From contig NZ_CP130700.1 in the NCBI RefSeq assembly GCF_051623805.1, forward strand, positions 2,658,047-2,682,046: a stretch of DNA of 24,000 nt, given 5' to 3'. Within the stretch, counting starts at the first letter, position 1, and each line of letters starts with the position of its first letter. The notes under the pieces were generated by a model. It was not told where the DNA came from. It did no database searches and saw only the letters and a program-made list of their open reading frames with translations. Shown here in pieces: positions 7,159 through 16,017 of the stretch. Origin of the DNA: Marinomonas sp. PE14-40. Its GTDB lineage: Bacteria; Pseudomonadota; Gammaproteobacteria; Pseudomonadales; Marinomonadaceae. Position numbers and translations under genes: made by a program.

Positions 7159-8949
7159 ATGGCAACTAGCAACGAAATAAATACTGAAATTGAAACAAGC
7201 CCTTTTCTGTTACCTAGGTCAAAAACTTTAAAGTGGTTTGCCCCTGCGATAGAAAGCATGACAGGCTTAAAGAGCTTACATAAGCACTATTTGGCTCGCC
7301 CATCAAATGCCAGCACAGAGTCTTTTTTAACACATACTTTAGATGCACTAGGTATCAGCTATCAGACACACAGACTTGATCAAGAAAACATCCCAGAAAC
7401 AGGCCCGCTATTAATTGTGGCCAACCACCCTCTTGGTGGTGTTGAAGGGGTTATTCTTGCAAAGATCTTACTCGCTTATCGATCAGACCTTCTGGTAATG
7501 GCTAATCACTTTTTAAAGCGTATTCCAGAGCTTTCTTCCTTGTTTATTGGCGTTGATGTATTCGAAGGCCCAGAAGCGATGAAAGCCAACTTAAAAGCCA
7601 TAAAGCAGGCTCATAAACATCTTGCGAATCAAGGTGCACTGTTAATATTCCCAGCAGGTGAAGTATCTACTTATGATAATGAAACTAATCAACTGCAAGA
7701 TAAAGAATGGAATAGGCTTGTCGGTAAGTTAGCACAAAAGCATAAAGCGGCTTGTCTTCCCGTATTTATTGGAGGCCAAAACTCCAAAACATTTTACCTA
7801 GCAGGAAAAGTCCACCCACGCCTTCGTACTTTACTTTTAGGCCGAGAGCTCCTCAATAAAAAAGGCAAGGAGATCCCTATTTATGGGGGCAACCTTATCC
7901 CTAATTCTGAGTTTTCAAAACTCAACAATGTGGATGACATTACCAACTATTTACGTCTGAACACTTATGTTATTGAACAAAGTAATCTTAGTGAAAATAG
8001 TCCACTTAACGCACTTGAGAATCCATCGGAAATCGAAGCAGATATTGATGCTGGCGTATTACAAGAGGCCATTACGGCACTACCTGAGGAGAGTTTGTTA
8101 CTAGAACAAAAGCAATTCAGCGTTTTCATCAGTGCTGCAGAGCATATGGGCCCAATACTGCAACAAATCGGTATTATGCGTGAGCGTAATTTCCGTGTAG
8201 TGGGAGAAGGCACAGGTAAATCGATTGACCTTGATGAATTCGATCAAGATTACATGCACCTCTTTATTTGGGATACAGATAAGAAAGTGATCGCTGGCGC
8301 TTATCGCTTAGGCTTAGTTGATCAAATTCTAGCTAAAAAAGGGATTAAAGGACTTTATAGCCGTACTTTATTCGACTTTGATGACAACTTCCTGAACCTA
8401 CAAGGTAAATCAATTGAGATGGGACGATCAGTCATTGATGCTCCTTATCAACGCAGCCTGTCGGCCTTATTACTCTTATGGAAAGGTATAGGCACCTTTG
8501 TTGCCAGAAACCCAAGTTACCAAACCCTATTTGGCCCAGTTAGCATTAGTGGTGAATACCAAACACTTACGCATCAACTCATAGTGCAATGTTTAACCGC
8601 CCATTATTACGACTCTGAGTCAGCAAACTTGGTCAAGGCAACTAACCCTCTGTTACCCAGTAAAAAACCTTTTTGGTCTCTAAGCTTGCTAAGCGGTTTG
8701 GGGGATTTGCAATTGCTATCCAATTTGGTGTCTCGTTTAGAAAAAGGTAAAGGCTTACCAGTACTAATCAGGCAATACCTTGCTCTAAAAGGAAGATTTG
8801 TCAGTTTTAATGTTGACCCAGACTTTAATCAAACGGTTGATGGTTTAATTCTTGTAAATTTACCGGACGTACCAGAGCGCATGCTGGGTAAATACATGGG
8901 CAGTGAACAAGCAAAAAGTTATTTATGTCATTATGAGAAAAGCGAGTAA
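7159..8949 (+). CDS. Bifunctional acyltransferase: N-terminal PlsC-type O-acyltransferase + C-terminal OlsB-like GNAT N-acyltransferase (OlsF-like amino-lipid synthase)
   Basis: 596 aa. The N-terminal half has glycerolipid-acyltransferase motifs (VANHPLGGVEG, FPAGEVS). The C-terminal half has the hemolysin-like GNAT pattern (MRERNFRVVGEGTGKSIDLDEFDQDYMHLFIWDTDKKVIAGAYRLG). The domain order matches the described OlsF architecture. Confidence 0.7.
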   Translation: MATSNEINTEIETSPFLLPRSKTLKWFAPAIESMTGLKSLHKHYLARPSNASTESFLTHTLDALGISYQTHRLDQENIPETGPLLIVANHPLGGVEGVILAKILLAYRSDLLVMANHFLKRIPELSSLFIGVDVFEGPEAMKANLKAIKQAHKHLANQGALLIFPAGEVSTYDNETNQLQDKEWNRLVGKLAQKHKAACLPVFIGGQNSKTFYLAGKVHPRLRTLLLGRELLNKKGKEIPIYGGNLIPNSEFSKLNNVDDITNYLRLNTYVIEQSNLSENSPLNALENPSEIEADIDAGVLQEAITALPEESLLLEQKQFSVFISAAEHMGPILQQIGIMRERNFRVVGEGTGKSIDLDEFDQDYMHLFIWDTDKKVIAGAYRLGLVDQILAKKGIKGLYSRTLFDFDDNFLNLQGKSIEMGRSVIDAPYQRSLSALLLLWKGIGTFVARNPSYQTLFGPVSISGEYQTLTHQLIVQCLTAHYYDSESANLVKATNPLLPSKKPFWSLSLLSGLGDLQLLSNLVSRLEKGKGLPVLIRQYLALKGRFVSFNVDPDFNQTVDGLILVNLPDVPERMLGKYMGSEQAKSYLCHYEKSE

Positions 8950-8953
8950 ATCG

Positions 8954-9469
8954 ATGCTTCCAGTTATTAAAGGTAATCTAGAAGGCCTTAAACAAGCCAA
9001 AGAAATCGTTGAACGCTTATCTGATAGCGCCTATACCCAAGTGTATACTCCCTATTTGCAAAGCAGCATTGGCCAACACTTAAGACATATTATTGATAAC
9101 TACTTTACTTTGATTCAAGGTTTAGAGAATAGCCACATTGACTATAATTGGCGTCGTAGAGGCGCCCAAGTAGAGCAATCAAGACAAACAGCTCTTGCTG
9201 AGCTAGAAGAATTAAGTCATTGGCTAACTAACTTAAATGAAAACGATATTGAGCAGCAACTCAGCCTAGTCTCAGAAGTTTGCTTGGCAGAAACTCAGTC
9301 AGATTTTGCTCGATCTAACTTACATAGAGAGCTTATCTTTGTGGCGAGTCATAGCATTCACCATATTGCCATTATTAGCATGAATATGCGTTTACAAGAA
9401 ATAGACGTGCCAGAGCATTATGGACTCGCTCCCGCAACGGCAACTTTTTTACGTCAACAAGATCAATAG
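8954..9469 (+). CDS. DinB-like metal-binding four-helix-bundle protein
   Basis: Histidine motifs HLRHIIDNY near the N-terminus and SHSIHHIAI near the C-terminus are typical of the DinB/DinB_2 family. The track ORF starts at 8903 and overlaps the upstream gene by 47 nt. I prefer the ATG at 8954 (MLPVIKG...), 5 nt after the upstream stop. Confidence 0.5.
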   Translation: MLPVIKGNLEGLKQAKEIVERLSDSAYTQVYTPYLQSSIGQHLRHIIDNYFTLIQGLENSHIDYNWRRRGAQVEQSRQTALAELEELSHWLTNLNENDIEQQLSLVSEVCLAETQSDFARSNLHRELIFVASHSIHHIAIISMNMRLQEIDVPEHYGLAPATATFLRQQDQ

Positions 9470-9484
9470 TTTCAGGATATTTAA

Positions 9485-10222
9485 ATGTGCACTCTTAGCT
9501 GGCTTAAGACCAATACTGGATATGAAGTATTTTTTAATCGTGATGAACAAAGAACACGATTAATTGCTTCTTTACCTGAGCGCTATAAAACCGCAACAGG
9601 TAACGAGTATATTATGCCAACAGACCTTAATTCAGGTGGTAGCTGGATAGGTGTTACCGATTCTGGAGTTGGTATATGCTTATTAAACTTCTACCAAGGT
9701 ATAACCCCTGAGGCTGATTTAATTAGCCGTGGACTACTCGTAAAGGATCTTCTGAGCCTTAGCAAGGCTGACAAGGTACTAAACCATATTAAGCACCTCA
9801 ACTGCCAGCATTATGCGCCTTTTACCTTAGTCATATTTGTGCCTGATCAAGCTCATCCTATTAGCGTTTGCTGGGATGGCATTCAATTAACAGACCTTAT
9901 TATTGAATCGCCATATACCTCATCTGGTGTGGAGTTCCCTCAAGTTTCACAAGCAAGGCAAGAGACTTTTAGACAATACTTCCAAGACAGAGAAGCCTGT
10001 ATCGAACATCTGAAGGCTTATCATGCGTCCCATTATCCTGAAAAATCAAAATGGTCTGTCTGTATGCATCGAGAAGATGCCTGCACAGTGAGTTTTAGCC
10101 ATATGTCTATTCAAGAGTTTAGCAGCACCTTTGATTATATTGATGGCTCACCCTGCCAGCACAATGCAACAAGATCCTCTATTAGTTTGGACAGAATTAG
10201 TCTGATGTCAGAAACAGCCTGA
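9485..10222 (+). CDS. NRDE family protein (TANGO2-like, Ntn-hydrolase-like with Cys2)
   Basis: 245 aa. The N-terminus MCTLSW...VFFNRDEQRTR contains the eponymous NRDE motif and a Cys at position 2. Confidence 0.75.
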   Translation: MCTLSWLKTNTGYEVFFNRDEQRTRLIASLPERYKTATGNEYIMPTDLNSGGSWIGVTDSGVGICLLNFYQGITPEADLISRGLLVKDLLSLSKADKVLNHIKHLNCQHYAPFTLVIFVPDQAHPISVCWDGIQLTDLIIESPYTSSGVEFPQVSQARQETFRQYFQDREACIEHLKAYHASHYPEKSKWSVCMHREDACTVSFSHMSIQEFSSTFDYIDGSPCQHNATRSSISLDRISLMSETA

Positions 10223-10272
10223 TGCTAAAAGCAAGCGATTAGAAGCAAGATTACAGAATAAATTTAAGACAC

Positions 10273-10298
10273 AAAAAAAGGCCATAAGGCCTTTTTTT
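10273..10298. terminator. Bidirectional rho-independent terminator between convergent genes
   Basis: AAAAAAA-GGCC-ATAA-GGCC-TTTTTTT. A short GC stem is extended by A/T-run pairing, with T-runs on both strands. It lies between the NRDE gene (+) and the OsmC gene (-). Confidence 0.7.
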
Positions 10299-10331
10299 AT
10301 TAGCTAGTAAGCTTGCGAATAAAGCGGCTAA

Positions 10332-10736
10332 TTAAGCTTCTTTAATTTCAAAACTATGTACTATCTTAACGCCGCCTTTTTCTAGCATTAAAGAAGCAGA
10401 ACAATATTGCTCAGCAGACAGTTTTACCGCTTTTGCCACAGCAGATTCTTTTAACTTGCTGCCTGTTACTATAAATTTAACGCGGATTTCAGTGAAAACA
10501 GATGGCACAGTGTCAGCTCTATCTGCATCAATTTCAGCGACACAAGATACGACATCCTGACGGGCTTTTTTAAGAATATTCACTACGTCATAAGAGGTAC
10601 AACCGCCAAGGCCTGCCAACAATAGCTCCATTGGTCTCGAACCTTTTTCTTGGCTACCGTCCATCTCAATAGAAAAACCCGAGCCAGTCTTAGCTGTAAA
10701 ATGTACGTCTTGGTTCCATTCAACTGTCGTTTTCAT
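10332..10736 (-). CDS. OsmC/Ohr family protein
   Basis: 134 aa. The OsmC-family pattern is present (MELLLAGLGGCTSYDVVNILKK ... SAEQYCSAS, with two conserved Cys). Its start lies 3 nt after the trpC stop. Confidence 0.75.
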   Translation of the reverse strand: MKTTVEWNQDVHFTAKTGSGFSIEMDGSQEKGSRPMELLLAGLGGCTSYDVVNILKKARQDVVSCVAEIDADRADTVPSVFTEIRVKFIVTGSKLKESAVAKAVKLSAEQYCSASLMLEKGGVKIVHSFEIKEA

Positions 10737-10739
10737 TGT

Positions 10740-11564
10740 CTACCCTTCAAATAATTCTGCTAATTTTGCCCCAGGTTCGTTAGCCTTCATAAAGGCTTCC
10801 CCGACCAAAAAGGCATTAATATCTTTTTCTCTCATTGCCGCCACATCATCACTAGTGTGGATTCCACTTTCAGTCACAATAAAGCGATCTGCAGGAATGT
10901 AAGGCAATAATTCAAAAGTATTCTCTAAGCTCAATTCAAACGTATGTAAATCACGGTTGTTAATACCCAACAACTCAGTTTCAGTAAATTCTAAAGCAAG
11001 GTCTAACTCAGCTTTATTGTGTACTTCAACCAATACGTCCATACCTAATTCACGAGCTAGTTGGTCAAGCGCTCTCAGCTTTTCACCAGACAAACAAGCA
11101 GCAATTAAAAGAATGCAATCGGCACCAATCGCTCTTGCTTCATAAACCTGATATTCATCCACAATAAAATCTTTGCGAATCACAGGTAAGGAGCAGGCAT
11201 TTCTAGCTTCTTCCAAATAGTCCTCATGGCCTTGGAAAAAATCTCTATCGGTTAAAACAGACAGGCAAGCTGCCCCACCTTTCTCATAAGACTTAGCAAT
11301 TTCGGCCGGAACAAAAATCTCTCTCAACACACCTTTACTCGGTGATGCCTTTTTTATCTCAGCAATAACGCCTGAATCACCTTGAGCAACTTTCGCTTTT
11401 AAAGAAGCAGCAAAACCACGAACACGATTATGTGAATTCGCTGCAGTGACAGCCACTTTTAATTTATCTAAGGGTGTATGATTTTTTCGCTCAGCAATTT
11501 CTTCATACTTTCTAGCAACAATTTTCTTTAATATTGTTGGCGTTTCAATTTGCATATTAACCAC
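10740..11564 (-). CDS. trpC: Indole-3-glycerol-phosphate synthase
   Basis: 274 aa with canonical motifs [29 protein letters not shown] and LVEVH. It lies downstream of trpD. Confidence 0.9.
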   Translation of the reverse strand: MVNMQIETPTILKKIVARKYEEIAERKNHTPLDKLKVAVTAANSHNRVRGFAASLKAKVAQGDSGVIAEIKKASPSKGVLREIFVPAEIAKSYEKGGAACLSVLTDRDFFQGHEDYLEEARNACSLPVIRKDFIVDEYQVYEARAIGADCILLIAACLSGEKLRALDQLARELGMDVLVEVHNKAELDLALEFTETELLGINNRDLHTFELSLENTFELLPYIPADRFIVTESGIHTSDDVAAMREKDINAFLVGEAFMKANEPGAKLAELFEG

Positions 11565-11576
11565 AATTCCTAAAAT

Positions 11577-12611
11577 TTAGTTATCTAGATAGCATTGTGT
11601 AAATGCTGCTAGTTCAGTTAGTTTCACTCGCGCTAAGCCACCGCCAATAACATCTTCTGCGATAGCAACACCTTCAGCTAGATCATCTGCAATACCCGCT
11701 ACATAAATAGCAGCACCGGCATTTAGAGCGACAATATCACGAGCAGGATTAACCACACCTTTACCTTCTAATGCGCTTTGCACCAACTCTAAACTCTCAT
11801 CAACATTCTCAGCTTGTAAAGGCATGATAGATTGAGTTTCAATATTAAAATCTTCTGGCTGAATACTGTATTCACGAATTTCATTGTCTTTAAGTTCAGC
11901 AACAAAAGTCGGTGCAGCTAAACTAATCTCATCTAGCCCATCTTGAGAGTGAACAACCATCACATGCTCACTGCCTAAACGCTGAAGTACTTCGGCCATA
12001 GGACGAACCCACTTTTTATCAAACACGCCCATGACTTGGCGTTTAGTGCCAGCAGGGTTTGTTAGTGGTCCAAGTAAGTTAAAAATGGTGCGAACAGCCA
12101 TTTCCTTACGAGGTACTATAGCGTGCTTCATTGCAGAGTGGTGATTAGGCGCGAACATAAAGCCTAAACCCACTTCTTCAACACAGGTTTTCACCTGCTC
12201 AGCAGACAATGCTAGGTTTACACCAGCCTTTTCCAATAAGTCAGCACTACCTGATTTTGATGACACTGAACGGTTACCATGTTTGGCAACCTTGCCACCA
12301 GCTGCCGCCACAACAAAAGACGATGCTGTAGAGACATTAAACAACTTGCCACCATCTCCACCCGTACCACAGGTATCGATAATATTATCAATATTTGACA
12401 ATTCGACTTTAGAAGACAACTCACGCATCACACTTGCAGCAGCGGCAATTTCAGCAACTGTCTCACCTTTCATGCGAAGGCCGACTAGAAAGCCACCAAT
12501 TTGTGACGGTGTCGCTTCTCCAGTCATAATTGCATGCATGACTTCATGCATTTCTTCTGCACTTAAATGCTGCTGTTCGATGACAGTGGCAATGGCGCTT
12601 TGGATATCCAT
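11577..12611 (-). CDS. trpD: Anthranilate phosphoribosyltransferase
   Basis: 344 aa with motifs DTCGTGGDG, FNVSTASSFV, KHGNRSVSSKSGSAD and NLLGPLTNPA. Confidence 0.95.
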   Translation of the reverse strand: MDIQSAIATVIEQQHLSAEEMHEVMHAIMTGEATPSQIGGFLVGLRMKGETVAEIAAAASVMRELSSKVELSNIDNIIDTCGTGGDGGKLFNVSTASSFVVAAAGGKVAKHGNRSVSSKSGSADLLEKAGVNLALSAEQVKTCVEEVGLGFMFAPNHHSAMKHAIVPRKEMAVRTIFNLLGPLTNPAGTKRQVMGVFDKKWVRPMAEVLQRLGSEHVMVVHSQDGLDEISLAAPTFVAELKDNEIREYSIQPEDFNIETQSIMPLQAENVDESLELVQSALEGKGVVNPARDIVALNAGAAIYVAGIADDLAEGVAIAEDVIGGGLARVKLTELAAFTQCYLDN

Positions 12612-12619
12612 TATGTCTC

Positions 12620-13198
12620 CTATCGCTTTAAAAAATTAGCAAGCAGATCATGTCCTGCTTCCGTTAATATTGATTCTGGATGAAATTGCACCCCTTCAAT
12701 CGGAAGGGTTTTATGTTTGAGTCCCATTATTTCATCTAACTCGCCCGTACATCCTTCAGTCCATGCCGTTACTTCTAAACACGCAGGCAATGAGGCTTGC
12801 TCTACCACCAATGAGTGGTAACGAGTAACAAGTTGAGGATTAGGTAACGATTGGAACAATGACGAATCCGTGTGATGTACCGATGATGTTTTTCCATGCA
12901 TTACTTGTTTGGCACGAACCACTTTACCACCAAACACCTGCCCAATACTCTGATGCCCTAAACAAATACCTAAAATAGGTATTTTTCCAGCAAAATACTC
13001 AATCGCAGCCAATGACACACCCGCTTCATTCGGTGTACAAGGTCCGGGAGAAATAACTAAATGGGAGGGGTTCAGTGCTTCAATTTTCTCTAGGGTAATT
13101 TCATCATTACGATAGACTTCTACCTCAGCACCTAGTTCCCTAAAGTATTGTACTAGGTTATATGTAAAGGAGTCGTAATTATCGATCATTAATAACAT
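12620..13198 (-). CDS. trpG: Anthranilate synthase component II / aminodeoxychorismate synthase glutamine amidotransferase
   Basis: 192 aa class-I glutamine amidotransferase: [19 protein letters not shown], catalytic GICLGHQ and FHPES. It is first in the trpG-trpD-trpC run. Confidence 0.9.
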   Translation of the reverse strand: MLLMIDNYDSFTYNLVQYFRELGAEVEVYRNDEITLEKIEALNPSHLVISPGPCTPNEAGVSLAAIEYFAGKIPILGICLGHQSIGQVFGGKVVRAKQVMHGKTSSVHHTDSSLFQSLPNPQLVTRYHSLVVEQASLPACLEVTAWTEGCTGELDEIMGLKHKTLPIEGVQFHPESILTEAGHDLLANFLKR

Positions 13199-13558
13199 AA
13201 ATAGTTCAAGCCATTGAAACTAAAGGTTTTGTTTAAATAACATGTTTGAGTTACCCCTATTATCACCCCTTTCAAACACTTGAATACAGATAAATAATGA
13301 CGTATTGGCGCGGATTTTATCTTATTTATCATCGTAACTCTAACACTAGATTTGTATTTCAATATAGCTGCAAAGCCTAAAATTAACTCCCTCTTTTAAA
13401 ACGACATTCATTTATCAAAAAATCCAGCCATGCCTGTATAGCAGAGCTTTCAACAGCTTAAGAATGACTAAACAAAGAAGGGATAAATTTAAAGGATAAT
13501 ATGAGGAAGATATAAGGCTGATATAACTAAATACCAACCATTTATCTTTGAAAAAAGC

Positions 13559-14299
13559 CTATTTTAGCAGCGGAGCGAGTTTACCCGCTTGCTCACTGGC
13601 TTGAGTACTTGCTTGGCTGTAACTTGAAGATTGCATCGGCGGGGAAGTTGTCCCTGCACCACCTGGATCACTCCATGAATACGAATGGTTATGAGAGCTT
13701 GCCACATTCGCAAGGTCAGCCACGGTATTCATTAAATCATGCAGCAGACGATAGATATTCGTCGACTCATCTCCCACATGATGCTTGGTCGCAATAATTT
13801 CACGTAGTTTGCCAATTTGCTCGGTTAAGTCATCCTCTATGGTGAGCTTGCTACTTTTGCCTTTCACTTCCCATTCATTATCTTGATTAACTTGAATATA
13901 CGCCTGCTCAGACTGCTGCCACCTTTGATCTGTCTCCGCCATATTAGGCAGTTTCAAACCATGGGGGAAAACAGAGCGTACAAAAGGATGGGCGGGGGAG
14001 CCATACATAAAGGCAATTTCAACCAAGGTACCAAGACTTGGCTTTGACCAGAAACCTCTCTGTTCTCCACCTGCATTCACAGGTAAAAGCACATCTTCCA
14101 GAATCGGCAACTCAGTGTCTTCCTCACCATTTACATCTAAAAGCTGTACTGAAACAGAATAAACAGGAGCTTCTTCTGTCACAACCTCACCTGCCAAAGG
14201 GGTTAAAATATCCGTTACTTTCGCCCACATAGGCAAATGCCAACCTGAGGCTAACTCAGGATATTTCTTTTGCATTAATCGCGTTAAGGCTTTTTCCAT
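13559..14299 (-). CDS. Baseplate central spike protein (gpV / Mu gp45-like)
   Basis: 246 aa. The N-terminal part looks like an OB-fold spike (WAKVTDIL...YSVSVQLLD...LPILEDVLLPVNAGGEQRGFWSKPSLGTLVEIAF). The C-terminal HNHSYSWSDPGGAGTTSPP fits the H-x-H...GG..T..P apex motif of phage spikes. The call is made from motif memory, not a search. Confidence 0.55.
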   Translation of the reverse strand: MEKALTRLMQKKYPELASGWHLPMWAKVTDILTPLAGEVVTEEAPVYSVSVQLLDVNGEEDTELPILEDVLLPVNAGGEQRGFWSKPSLGTLVEIAFMYGSPAHPFVRSVFPHGLKLPNMAETDQRWQQSEQAYIQVNQDNEWEVKGKSSKLTIEDDLTEQIGKLREIIATKHHVGDESTNIYRLLHDLMNTVADLANVASSHNHSYSWSDPGGAGTTSPPMQSSSYSQASTQASEQAGKLAPLLK

Positions 14300-14970
14300 G
14301 ACACCACCATTTTTGCTTCCTGCAATCTCACGCTATAAAGACGATTCCCATTAAGCAGGTAACCCGGCCTTAAACCCGGAATCGCCATTAATTCAGCGCT
14401 TTGAGTTGATAACTGTTTATCCAGTACAGCTGTTGGCACCTCTACGGGAGCATCGATCCAATGACTATCAGACCAAGCACCAATATAAATAAGACCATCT
14501 CGCTTTTGCTGCCAAGTAAAATCCTCTATGCCAAATACTTGGGCGATTTTATTTAGCAGATGAAAGCCAGAACCCGTATTAACAAAATAAGGCACAGGGG
14601 TAGAAGCATAACTGGACTGAGGTAAGCTAAAGCCACAACCCGTTATCGCTTTCACCTCTGTCAGTAAATCCTTGAGTGTTTTATTGCGTAATGCCAAAGG
14701 CACACGCATGCTCAACACATTAGACTTTTCTCGACAAAATAGGGTTTGAGACTGATTTGAAGCAGGCGTCGAGCGCTCAATATAACCATAAAAATGGCCA
14801 TGCTCTTGTCCGTTATTAATCCCAAAACTGAAATAGACAGACCCTGTTAAGGCTTTCTCAGACTGCACCACAAAGGATGCACGGCCAGCGGCCATCGCAT
14901 CCAATGCAACATCATGAGAAACCAAATTCACTCGCTTGCCATTAACCTTGAGCACAAAGTTATATTTCAT
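14284..14970 (-). CDS. Putative baseplate hub protein (gp27/gpD/VgrG-N-like, short)
   Basis: The pattern KYNFVLKVNGKRV...ASFVV...HFYGYIERST...LFCREKSNVL...LALRNKTLKDLLTEV resembles the N-terminal region of hub/gpD-like proteins. The preferred start is the ATG at 14970, preceded by AAGGA; the track start is 14985. Confidence 0.4.
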   Translation of the reverse strand: MKYNFVLKVNGKRVNLVSHDVALDAMAAGRASFVVQSEKALTGSVYFSFGINNGQEHGHFYGYIERSTPASNQSQTLFCREKSNVLSMRVPLALRNKTLKDLLTEVKAITGCGFSLPQSSYASTPVPYFVNTGSGFHLLNKIAQVFGIEDFTWQQKRDGLIYIGAWSDSHWIDAPVEVPTAVLDKQLSTQSAELMAIPGLRPGYLLNGNRLYSVRLQEAKMVVSWKKP

Positions 14971-15508
14971 TCCTTGTCCCCTCATCGGCTAGGGCAGAAT
15001 CCAAGTACTTGAGCACATTCTCCAGCCAATTACTGGTTTCGCTGTTCTCAGCTTCTGAGGCAACACTGGTATCCGCTGTCGCCATCTTAGGCTCATTTTG
15101 CGTAAGCTTCATGGCTTCCACTTTTTCAGGGATAGAGAGGTGTTCGACCAAGACAAAAGACACAGACCAGGCTTGATCATCATCCAGCTCTTGCGCCGAC
15201 ACCTTGTCGCTAAAGCGTACTTGTCGAACAGAAAAAGCTCTCGCCGTTTGGTTTTCTATGTTGTAAACCAAACGGGTACCTTTATCTTCATCCAAGGCCG
15301 TACTTAAACTCACAATATTGGCAAGCTCAGACGCATCGTCATATTTCACCTTCATCGCCACACGAAGACGTTTAGGCTTAAATCCCTTCTCAGCCGTAGC
15401 CGAAGAAGAGCTTTGACCAGACAAGTCCTCCTCTGGCAAAGCTAATTCACACGTCACCTTCACCCCATAGCCTGAGATTTTAGTATCGTTGAGAATAAGG
15501 GTAATCAT
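14960..15508 (-). CDS. Phage tail/baseplate-associated protein of unknown function
   Basis: 182 aa. Its start is coupled to the upstream gene stop by an ATGA overlap. It has an acidic C-terminal tail. Only the context (between the fibre chaperone and the hub) supports a structural role. Confidence 0.3.
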   Translation of the reverse strand: MITLILNDTKISGYGVKVTCELALPEEDLSGQSSSSATAEKGFKPKRLRVAMKVKYDDASELANIVSLSTALDEDKGTRLVYNIENQTARAFSVRQVRFSDKVSAQELDDDQAWSVSFVLVEHLSIPEKVEAMKLTQNEPKMATADTSVASEAENSETSNWLENVLKYLDSALADEGTRNEI

Positions 15509-16017
15509 GGGGTTTCATCCATACTAGCGACAACTTCAACCTCATCATTCAAAGCTGCAGGCCAAGGGTTTTGAGCTTGAATACTCGCACGCTCCTCCAC
15601 GGCCAGATCCATCAAACGAGCATATTCATCACTCTCACCAAGGTGAGCTTTAATCTCTGCCTCTTCAAGAAGCTGGCGCACTCTAGCGGTATAAGCCGCT
15701 TGTCTTGCATCATCAACAGCTTGATAAGCATCTTGGTAATCATCTTCAGCATTTCGAACACGCCAAACATCATTATCTTTAACCAAAGTATCGTTGAAGT
15801 GGCATTCTAACGCCTGCCAGTTTTTATTCGACACAATATGCTTTCTGCTGTATTCATCAATAAAGAAAGACGTCCTTTCTTCTATTGTCATATCAAGGCA
15901 CTTCACACCATCAAAACGTAGTTTAGTAATATCAACAGAACTTTCCAATTCAATATTATGGGTTTGAACTTGAGTGGTACGGCCTATAACTAGGTCATTA
16001 TTTAAAATTGCAAACAT
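15505..16017 (-). CDS. Putative tail fibre assembly chaperone (Tfa-like)
   Basis: 170 aa. Its start overlaps the stop of the 308-aa fibre gene (TAATG). The C-terminal helical region ending ...IQAQNPWPAAL recalls the L..W..Y...L...WP..P ending of Tfa/gpG-type chaperones. Confidence 0.4.
   Translation of the reverse strand: MFAILNNDLVIGRTTQVQTHNIELESSVDITKLRFDGVKCLDMTIEERTSFFIDEYSRKHIVSNKNWQALECHFNDTLVKDNDVWRVRNAEDDYQDAYQAVDDARQAAYTARVRQLLEEAEIKAHLGESDEYARLMDLAVEERASIQAQNPWPAALNDEVEVVASMDETP

Noticed and set aside
8903-8953. The ORF-track start (ATG 8903) for the DinB-like gene, giving a 47-nt overlap with the acyltransferase gene.
   Set aside because: The extra N-terminal residues (MNKQKVIYVIMRKASKS) carry no motif. 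An ATG at 8954, just after the upstream stop, gives a compact operon junction. An ATG at 8933 is also possible, so the start remains uncertain.
5287-10331. Genomic island integrated at the tRNA-Arg 3' end.
   Set aside because: No integrase or transposase was found, and no direct repeat of the tRNA 3' end was visible by eye before the convergent terminator. Only the positional argument is kept, as a low-interest finding.
13199-13558. Trp leader peptide/attenuator or trpG-specific regulatory element in the 360-bp gap upstream of trpG. Also a terminator for the tail operon.
   Set aside because: No tandem Trp codons (no CCACCA on the plus strand) and no alternative-hairpin arrangement were seen. 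The only small minus-strand ORF is MAGFFDK. No GC-rich stem with a T-run follows the spike gene; there is only an isolated GGC-TTTTTT. A proper RNA-folding scan would be needed for a firm negative.
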